DNA of 64,000 nt from Monocercomonoides exilis PA203 (lineage: Eukaryota > Protista > Preaxostyla): positions 744,001-808,000 of the forward strand of contig LSRY02000009.1 of NCBI GenBank assembly GCA_001643675.2, in the 5' to 3' direction. Numbering within the stretch: position 1 is the first letter of the stretch; each line of letters begins with the position of its first letter. Below the pieces are notes generated by a model that was not told the origin of the DNA, ran no database searches, and was given only the letters and a program-made list of their open reading frames with translations. Shown piece by piece: positions 54,076 to 64,000 of this stretch. A program made the translations under genes and the position numbers.

Positions 54076-54704
54076 ATGAGTTTGCCAGAAGATGACAATT
54101 TTGAAGATGAAATTCTGACTACGGTCAGAACCGAGCAGTTTTCAAGTTTGCTTGTTTATTTGAATTGAACAAGTTGAACATTTTTTTTTTGAATGCCTTT
54201 GAAGAATTGTTTTGTGGACTGGAAGGTTGCAGAGAAGATGAACAAATGCAGAAAATCGAAGAGTTGAATGAAATTATTGAAAAATTGTATTATGAAGAAT
54301 TTCAAACAGTTTTCACAAAAGAACTGTTCGATAAAATTCACCAAATGATTAAAGAAAAGACATTGACATTGGAAAGTGCAATCTTGCTGTTGAAGCAAGC
54401 TGGATATTGCAAAGTGCTGGAATGCGTTTTGATTTTTTGTTTTGATGAATCATTATTAAGCAAAAGATTTAAGATAATGATTTTTAAAGAAAATGAGAAG
54501 AAAAAAGAAGAAAAGAATGAAAAGTTTTTGACTGATCTTTGCGAATGTTTTTCTTTGCTGAATGATGACATTTCAGATGAATTGCTTTCGATTTGTATGT
54601 CTTGCCTTCTGAAAGTTGCATTGAAGAAAGAGAAAAACGAGAAAACTCAAAAAGAAGTTGAAATGGCGTTGTTGGCTTTGAACAATATTGGATATCAAGT
54701 TTGA
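54076..54704 (+). pseudogene. Helical multigene family copy D (exons 1-2 only)
   Basis: ATG 54076, 70-nt exon 1, intron 54146-54204, exon 2 to the donor at ~54699. No exon 3 follows. Confidence 0.85.
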
Positions 54705-55092
54705 ATATTTCTTTTATATTTTGATATTATTTATTTATTTATTCATTGATTTTTTTTATTTTTTATTTTTTCTTATTATTTATTTATTTTTATGATAATT
54801 CTGGTTTTTTTTTAAAAAAAAGTACTTATCCATTTTTATTCGATACAATCATTCATTTTTCAATAAGTCCATGCGAGTGGAAGAAAAAGATGTGCTTCCA
54901 CCAGTCAGCTCCAATGGACCATTTCTCAATCACACTTCATTTGAATTTTCTCTTCCAATTCAAGATAAAAAATATGTTCGTGCTTAGAAAAATGGATAGC
55001 CTTCGATTTCATAACGAAAAAAGAAGAAGAAGAAAGAAAGAAAAAAGAAAAAGAAAAATTCAGAGAAACAAAATGAAAAGAGCACCATTTCC

Positions 55093-56500
55093 TCAAATAT
55101 TCGCAAAATAATCAGAAACGTTCAATGATATTCCAAAATAAAACCTACTGTTAAGAAAATACAATTTTTTATGAAAACTCTCAATGCAATCTTCGTATCC
55201 TTCTTCCTCCATCTTTTCAAACATCTCCATTTTAATCTTCTTTCTTTTCTCTTCTTCAACTTCATCTTTCCCCTTTTCTTTCAATTTGTTTGAAACATTC
55301 AAAAAAGCCTTCAAGCTTTTATATGTCATTTTGTCCTTAAACGTGTGCCTCTGAAGCCCTTCCAAAACAGCATCAACAGCTCCCCCTTTCAACAAGTCTT
55401 CAACCTCCAAAGCTCCATTATTAGCTGATCTTATTAGCAAATAAAGACATTTCACTCCAATATCTTCCCTATTATCTGTTGCTGCTCGAAAGATCTGAGT
55501 AACGCTGCTGACATGTTCGACAGATTCATCTGTCCTCGGTTGGCAAAAGAGAAAAAAATGCTCCAAACATTGAAGCCCTTCAATTAAAATATATTCTTCT
55601 TTCCCTTCATTTTCTCCTCTTCTTTCTTCTTTTCTCTTCCAATCAATATTTTTAATCAGCCATTCCAATTCCTTTATGGCCTCTCTGACAAAATGCAACT
55701 CATTTGCAACAGCACCCAAGCTTTTCTCTTTGTAAAATCTTTCTATCAAAAGCTGCCAAGCAGACTGATAGGCAAGATGTGTGAGATTGCCACATTTCTG
55801 GTGATATTGAATTATTTCTTTGAACGCATCCAAATACAGCTCTTTTTTCACATCCTTGAAAATTAGGGAAAAAATCAGAAATACCAAAAAGGAAATTGAT
55901 ATGTCCATACACATCGAATTGAATTCAATGTCAAAAGAGCCTTTTCCACTTCTTTTTGAGTTTCTTCACTTTCCTCCTTCGACAATGCAACTTTCAGAAG
56001 GCAAGGCACACCGATAGAAAGTAATTCTTCTGGAAAATCATCGATTAGCAGCATGAGATAGCCTTCGCAAAGATCAACAAGAAGCTTTTCATCCTTTCCT
56101 CCCTTTTTCTTATTTTCATTAATAATTATCTCTTCAATTCTTCTGTTCAATGAAGATTTCTCAAAGCTTTGAATGAAAATTCTTTTCAGTGTGTTGCAAT
56201 ATCCAATGTGTTTCAACAACACAATAGCATTTCCAAAATTCAATTTCTTATCATCTGTCATATTATGAATTTTGTCGAACAGTTCTTCTGTTAAAATGGA
56301 TAAAAATTCGCTTCTGTCCATTCCATCAATTATTACATGCAGCTCTTTAACCTTTTGTTTCTGCTCTTCCTCATCGCAATCTTCCAGTTCGCAAAACAAT
56401 TCTTCAACAAAAAACAAAGAAAAAAATGCAATAAGCAAAAATTCACTTGCAATAACAATTGCAAACTGTTGAATATTTTTGTGTTGCCTGTCTCCTGCAT
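55093..56500 (-). CDS. Helical multigene family copy E (apparently intact, 3 exons)
   Basis: ATG 56500 (MQETGNTKIFN), intron 56466-56402, second intron joining NSIRC|DVKKELY, stop TGA at 55093. Confidence 0.85.
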
Positions 56501-58847
56501 TTTTTTTTTTAAAAAAAGAAAAAATAGTTCAAGAAAGCAACAATATTTCAGCCATTCACATTGAACGAGCACATGTTTGGGTAGAAGAAATTGGTGCAAA
56601 ATATAAACTCAAAGCAAACATGAAAATATAAGTTATTATACCATTCAAGGTTTTTGGTATTATTTGACAAAATGTTACAAAGAAAGAAAAGAAAAAACGA
56701 CAAATCTTTTTCTGATTTGCAGTTATGGATACCAAGATCATTTGATATGAAAAAACAAAAATATTCTTGCTAAAATGAGAGATGGAGAACAAATATTTTC
56801 TGCGGGGTAGGCGATATTATTTTGAGAGGTTGCACGAGACAGCGACGGTGGTGAATTGATGATGGAATTGTGCGAGATGACTTTTTTTGAAAAGCATATT
56901 GGAAGGAAATGCAGCAATTCGGTTGTTGAAAGAAAATGTTTTAGCGTTTGCTTTTTTTATTGTTCTTGTTCATTTTAAAGATGCTTTTATAAACCATCTT
57001 TTCAGAGCCCAAGAATCTGATAGATTTTAAAAATGGCCAATTCCTTTGTCTTTCCGAGGAGAACTTTAGGAGAAAACTGTGCTGATGTGCAACCAGCAGG
57101 TAGGAATTGCAATATTTTTGTATTCGTTTGGGAGAGGGGATGAAAACAAATTCGATTTCAAAGCATTTTGATGAGATGAAAAAGAAGAACGCTCACAATT
57201 GGACATCGCTTGGAAAGAAAAAATGAAAAGATATTTTTTTCAGGAAAACAAATGGACGAGAACATCGAAAGCAGGATATTTATGTGGGGAAAAAGGATGA
57301 TGGAGAAAGGAGCACTGGGAAACAAGGGAAAAGGAGATTGACAGCGTCAGTGATTGAACAATCCTTTGCTTATGTAATATGGAGGGCACGTGTGTTCTTT
57401 TGGGAATTTTTATAATCAATACAAAACCAATTATTTTTATATATTATTTTCAATTTTTTTTTCCATTCCAAACAACATCATTTTTTTATGTTGAGCCACA
57501 TTCCCAAGGGCAATGCATTTTAAGCAACATTTTTGTGGATTGTATGGTTTCTTCTCCTCCTTCGTTTTCTTCATTGACGATATTTTTTTAATTTGGCTGA
57601 TGATAAGAACGTCATCGTATTTGAAAATTTGTTGTTTGAATAGCCATCAAATGCTCGAATTGCTTCATGAATTGATCGTCTATCTGTTGTTGCTATTGGC
57701 ATTAATTTCTTCGATAAAATTGATTGGTTTTATTCATTTTCAACAAGAAAGAAGTTCTTCTTATTTTCAATCACACACAAATCAGACTCTTCCACTTTTG
57801 ACTCACCTTTAGGAAAGAAATCCGACTTTCCCGCCTTCGTAATCATCTTTGGCATTCACTTCAACTTTCAAAGCGGACAGACACAATTGCAAATTCTGAC
57901 AATGAGTCTTCTTCTTCTCTTTCTCCATTCAGTAGCCTTTGAAGAGTTCATCTGGTTCGTTTCATATCATTTTGTGACAAACCACATTCCCCTTCTACTT
58001 CTTCTTCTACTCTTCCTTCCTTTTCTTCTTCTCTTCTTCTTCTTCTTCTTCTTCTTCTTTCAACAATTCAAAAGTTTCTTCATCCACATCTACTATTTTC
58101 TTCAATCTTTTTATTTTCTTCCAATTTCAATATGGAAACATCAATTTTCTTTCCGTTTGCCTTTGTGTCAATAACTCCTTTTAAAAAAAGTCTTTTTTTT
58201 CCTCTTCTTCAGCTTTGCTAAGATCAGCTTGAATGTGGAAATATCATGAAAGATACTGGAGCTACAATAGATTTCTCAAAAAAGAAGAGAAGAGGCTTAG
58301 AAGCAGATGAATAAATAAGTTAATAACGATTTTTTAATGAAAAATTTGAGCAAACAAATGATAAGATGAAGATTTCCAAAAAAGAAAAGAGGGAAATGAA
58401 AATCAATTTAATTCTCTTTTCTATTTCTTCATTTCATAAAAATTAAACAAGATAAAAAAATCTGATTTTTAAGATGGCTTCTTATAACATTTATTTTTCA
58501 ATTACACCAAAAATAAGTAAAAATGAGAATAATTGCAATTAAATTAATTTCTTTTTCGTTCTTAATTAAAAAATCTCAATATAATCGTGATTTTTGCGAC
58601 TAAAATAAAATTTCTTTCAATCGTTCGCTCATTCGCAAAGAACATTTAAATACTGAATAAATGCCCATCCATAAAGGAGAATTTGATTTTTGCATTTATT
58701 TGTTTGTTTGATAACAAAATTATGTTGGCAAAATTTATAATTTGAATAAAAGCTTTTCATTTTGAATAATCTTTGGCGTCAGCGAAATGATGAAAAAAAA
58801 AGAAAAATTGAAAATTAGAGAAACAAAGCCAAATGAAAAGAATTTGG

Positions 58848-60251
58848 CTAAACGTTTACAAAATAAACTGAAACATCCAATGTCAAAAAAAGATAGTGTT
58901 TTCTGCTCAGAAAACAAAAAGTTCCATGATAACTTGTGATGATATCCTCGTATCCTTCTTCTTCAAGCTCTTCAAATATCTTTCTTTTCAAATCTTTTCT
59001 TTTCGCTTCATCCATTTCATTGTACGTTTTTAGTTTCAACCGCCTTGAAATATGAACAAAAAATGTCAAGCTATGGTGTGTTATTCCGTCAATCAATGTT
59101 GGCTGCCGAAGATCCTCCAAAACAACATCAATTGCTCCACTTTTCAGCAAGCCATCAACTGGTACAAATCCGTTTCCTGCAGCATTTCTCAAGGAAAAAA
59201 CGCACCAATTTCTAATTTCTTCGTAATTATCCTTCGCTGTTCGATATATCTGAACAACGCTTCCTATCAGTTTAACATATTCTTCATTCCACAATTTGCA
59301 TGAGTTAAAATAGAACTTCATTGTTTTCATCCATCCCGTGATTAAAAGCACTTCATTCGCTTCTTCTATGCTCATTTCTTCTTCTTTCTTCTTCCAATCC
59401 ACATTTCTTGTTAGCACTTCCAGTTCTTTTGTTGACTCTCTTCCAAAATGCAGTTCATTCACAATCACTTCATCCAAGCTTTCATCATTGACCAATCTGA
59501 AAATCAAAAAATTCCAAGAAGATTGATAGGCAAGATGAGTGAGGTTGTGATGCTCTTGATGATATTGGATTATCTCTTTGATTTCATTCAAATACAGTTC
59601 TTTTGGCCCTTCCTAATAAAAATCGGAAAAAATCAATAACTTCAAAAATGAAATAAAAATAAACATACACTTAAAAAAATATTGCTCAAAGCCAGTAAAG
59701 CCACTTCAACTTCTTTTTGAATTTCCTCGTCTTCATCTTTCTTTAATGAAACTTTCAAAAGACATGGTACACAAATTAAAGTCAGGTCATATGTGAAGAA
59801 GAAGCTCAAAGAAAAACAGCATTCGCAAAGATCAACAAAAAGCTTTTCGTTCTTTCCTTCTTTTTTCTTATTTTCGTAAAAAATCATCTTTTCAAATCTT
59901 TTGTTCAACGAAGTTTCTTCAAAGCCATAAATAAACATTCTTCTCGATGTATGCAAATATCCAATGTGCTTCAGCAGCAAAATTGCATTTCTCATCGAAA
60001 GCTTCTCTTCTTTTATCATTTCATCCATTTCATTGAACAGTTCTTTTGTGAAAACTGATTCAAATTCTTTTCTATCCATTTCATTAACCATTTCATTCAT
60101 TTCTCCAATTTTCTGTTTCTGTTCTGCTTTGGTGAATTGTTCCAGCTGTGAAAGTTTCTCTAAAAAAAGTGAAAAAATCAAAAGAGAAAAAAGAAGCATT
60201 TATTTTTTAAATCAACGGTTTCATATAAAAATTTGGCAAACCCAGAAACAT
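58848..60251 (-). CDS. Helical multigene family copy F (apparently intact)
   Basis: Probable ATG 60251 with a very short exon 1. Exon 2 to LSNIFLS, intron, exon 3 EGPKELYLNEIK...YFVNV, stop TAG. Confidence 0.8.
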
Positions 60252-62820
60252 TTGTATTTTTGAATGTGACTGTGAAATCGCAAAATGAATTCAAAACAGT
60301 TAATAAATTCATTTTCGAAATATTTGTGGTTCAATTGAATCAAATGAATTAAAATATCACCAAATCAAATATCAAATAAAAAGGAATTCCGTACCTCTTT
60401 TGCCATCAATGGTTTTTGCCTCAAAACAAACAAATCTGTGAAACAAAATTATCTTGCTTTTGTGCAAATAAATAAGGGTGTCCAACACATAAAATATAAG
60501 TGAAGATTTTTGATTGATGATTATCTGCTATAAGAGCATATTTGAGTGGATTTTGCACATAACCACAGATGCACCCATGCGAGTTATATCGCCACAGAAG
60601 AACAAGGCATTTGCGTACAGATGGAGGAGCGGGTGGCTATTTGCATCGATTTCTTGCGAAAAGGAAGTTGGTGGAGAAAACCAGCATGAAATTTGAACTT
60701 GGTTATATATTACAAAACATACAGTGCAACATTGACTGCAAGATTTTGAATGAAAAATAACTCAATAAAGATGCAGAAAAAATAAGCAGAATGTTTCTGA
60801 AGGATTGAAATGAACGGCTTGTTCATTTTGTGGGAAATGTTGTGAACTTGGCATATCTTATGCGCAGGACTTGTTTTGTGGAAAAGGAAAGAGAATTGAG
60901 GGTTGGACAATGGAGGAAGTGAGTTGAGCGAAACGTTCAGCAGGCCTTAACAACAATGGCATTTGCATTTTGAACGAAGCAAGTTGGAAAGCCATCAGCA
61001 AAAACTTAACATTGAATAAGTTTTTGAAAAGGAGTTAATTTGGAGAATATCTGTTTTCATCTGATATCACGGCCAGTTTCACAATGGATTCTTGCGTTCG
61101 ATGACGTTCTTTGCCAGCATTTTGATGTACAGTTGTCTGAATTTTTTGAAGGACGAGAGACAATTTTGTCGAACAAGAAACCCAGCTGAGTCGATAATTA
61201 CCTATCCATTGGAGACGGGAAAATATTTCAAGACCAAAAAGATGGTTTGATTTTTTTTTTATTTCATTCATTTTTCTTTTAAGGTGTTCTTTGAATGAAT
61301 ACAGAATGACTATGAACAGGAACTCCACGAAGAAAGAGAAGCCTTTTTATCCTTTTTCAAAAGAACCAGAAGTTTATAAGATTATTCTTGTTTGGATTGC
61401 GTTCAACGATGGCGTTCGTGACTTCTGCCATCTGTCTTGCATGACGCATATCCTGTCAATGCTTTGGATGAGCTTGAAAGAGAGAAAAAGAAGTTTGTTT
61501 GGTGTATTTGTTCGGAATGTTTGGCAGAAGCGATTTTTTTGTCGGGGCTTATAAACTGGCTGGACATTCACATTCAGAACACATTCAGTTTTTTCTATCG
61601 TCAAACATGACTTGGAAAAGCTGACATCTTCTATTTTTCTTCGCCTTAACATTCTCAACAGTCTCACTCAACAAAAGATGTTCATTGCCAGAATCGACAC
61701 ATCAATCACATAATCATAAGATTCTTCTTTTTCTTCTCCTTGTCTTTGAAAATTTTGGTATTTGTGTCAACTTCTTCAATCGTCAACATCTTCTTCGATT
61801 TAGATTTCTTCTTTGCCCATACCCTCATCATACATGAAGTTCTTTTGAATTGTTAACGCTAACAGACAAACGTAATATTCTTTTTCTGAAGGAAAAGCAG
61901 TTCAACCACACAAAGGCGGTCGATGATTTGTTAACTTTCATCTTCATCTGTTTGTATCTCTCAGTCTTTCACATATTTTGAGATAAAGATTGTTTATTTC
62001 ATCTGAAATCAACTCAGTAAATGAATTATTTTTATCAATCGACTTCACTCAAATCATTTTCATCATCTTTATGAAAAGGATTGCATTCGTTTCACAATTC
62101 TCAATTGCTCCACCTTCATAGCCCTAATCATCTTTTGATTCTTCTTCCTCTTCTTCCTCTTCCTCTTGCTCCTCCTCCTCCTCCTTCTTCTTCTTCGTCT
62201 TCGCCTTCATCATCATCATCTTCTTCTTCTCTCCAGCAGTTCACCTTTTCCTCGTAATGATTTCAGTTGAAGCCATCTTCTTCAATTGCATTGTCTTCAT
62301 TTTTTTTTCCTTTCGTCTCACCGATATTTGAGGCAATGCAAATCGTGTAATTGATTTTCTGCTATCACTTTGTCGCCAACGGCCATGTGTATTGTTCACA
62401 TAGTTTGCGTTTTGTGCTCGTTTTTGGATTGCATTGAAGAAGCTGCGGACAATTTGTTAGGGAAATTTGGATGCAAACAGGGGCACATCTTCATCAAAAG
62501 AGCAGAGAATGCAAATGGCTGAAGGCAGAGCAAAAGAACAGCAGCGGGCTGTTGCGCCAATCAAGGCAAATGGAAGCGAAGTTTGTGAGTCTTCTTTGTT
62601 GGACTGAGGCATTGTTAAAAGAGGAACTGTCTTTCTCTTCCTCGACTATGACTGGAAATTCGTACGTTTTGGAAGGAATTAGGGCAATCATTTTGCGCGA
62701 ATCATGAATGAAGTGCGTTTGAGGAGAATTCCATTGAGCTGCTGAATGAAGATGTGTGAGCAGAGGGCGAAAGAGAAATTGGAGCCATTGAGAGTTTTTG
62801 AGATGAAGCACATGAATCAC

Positions 62821-62952
62821 ACGCACACACACACACAAAAAAAAATAAATATAAATATAATAAAAAATAAATAAAATAAATAAATAAATAAATAAATAAA
62901 ATAAATAAAATAAAATAAAAAAATAAAAAAATAAAAATAAAAAAATAAAAAA
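62821..62952. repeat. Compound (CA)n + (AAAT/AAAAT)n low-complexity tract
   Basis: Direct observation. Confidence 0.8.
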
Positions 62953-64000
62953 TCAGCTTTCATTGTGTTTTGTGAGCCATGCGATTGATGAGATGCTCGG
63001 CATCGAGGAAGAAGAAGAAGATGATGATGATGAGAAGAGCGACTGAAAGGGAGCAAAAGAGAAGAAGGAATGAGACGCTCTTTGTTGGATGGCTGGTTCA
63101 CTCGGCCTTCATGCGAAAAGAATGCAGCATCGATTTTGCCAGGTGAAGCAACAGATTGGAGAATATCATCTTTCATCGTCATCGCCAATGGTGCAAATGG
63201 AGATATTTTATGGAGGAAAAGAAAGAATCAGTATTATTATTGTTTAAGTGAGAAAGAAAGGAAACCAAACAATTTCAGCTGATGCCAAGGAGCACCAAAG
63301 CGGGTGAGAAGTCGAAGGGATGAAAAAAGCGAATAAAAATTGCATGTTCAGCTGAATCGACAGGAAAACGTTGTAAAAATTCATCAGTCGAAGATTTTAC
63401 ATGCATCAGCATCATTTCATCTGATAACGCTCCAGTTGCTGCAGAAATGTTTCAATGGCCAATGACTGTTTCATTCAACAAAAAAATTGTATTTACTGAT
63501 GGAGCTGTTAATTTTGGTTATTCTTGTTTTGCTGAATATTCTACTGGAAATACTGCAGACTTCTTCTCATTTGGCTCAATTTTACCACAAGCCACTCCGA
63601 CAGAGAGAGGAATTTTATTCACAATATCTGCTCATTTTCTTCTTCATATTTTGTTGCTGACAGCCGTATTTGACTATCTTATTCTGCATCGTCTTCGTCT
63701 TCTTCCTTCTTTGGGATGCGGAATGAGCGAAAATTGAGAGAATCTGCACAAATTCCATTCCTTTTGAGCATTGCTCGAAAAGACATCGCTTTTGGAGATT
63801 CTTTTATTGGAAAATGTTAATAGCCTTTTACTCAACGTCGATGAATGAAACAAAGAGAAGATGGCTAAAGATTTACAAAATTACACATGGGAGACTAGGA
63901 AATCAGTCCAACCGAAAAGAGAGACAAGTCTCTTTCACAGAAATGGATTTGGCACTTTCTTTTCATTGAGTGTATTTTTGGAGAATTATTATCATGTTCT

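Noticed and set aside
56800-63737. Coding-like stretches outside family copy F (56.8-58.3 kb, 60.5-63.7 kb)
   Set aside because: They are stop-ridden with no motif I can identify. Likely decayed pseudogenes, left unannotated.

Overview
AT-rich eukaryotic genomic DNA, not prokaryotic. It has short GT-AG introns, poly-Ser/poly-Glu proteins and appears to use the standard code (paralogues stop at TGA or TAG). The style is consistent with an oxymonad such as Monocercomonoides, which is my inference and is unverified. The window is dense in transposons and pseudogenes. Main contents: (1) a compact ~3.8 kb, decayed DIRS-type tyrosine-recombinase retrotransposon (RT, RNase H, adenine-methyltransferase-like domain, YR) with only 28-40 bp inverted termini (40985-44775); (2) a nearly intact IS630/Tc1 DNA transposon with 48-bp TIRs and TA duplication (17506-19655), plus a solo end at 10770; (3) pogo/Fot1-like DD35D remnants and several TA-flanked hairpin/MITE elements, including a 1057-bp foldback; (4) six copies of a 3-exon helical-protein family with mosaic variation (34.4-60.3 kb); (5) a giant EF-hand/WD40 gene, a LisH/coiled-coil gene and a small membrane-protein gene. 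Most short ORFs in the track are antisense or off-frame shadows of trinucleotide repeats. I saw no rRNA, tRNA or CRISPR array. Coordinates were read by eye and may be off by a few bases.
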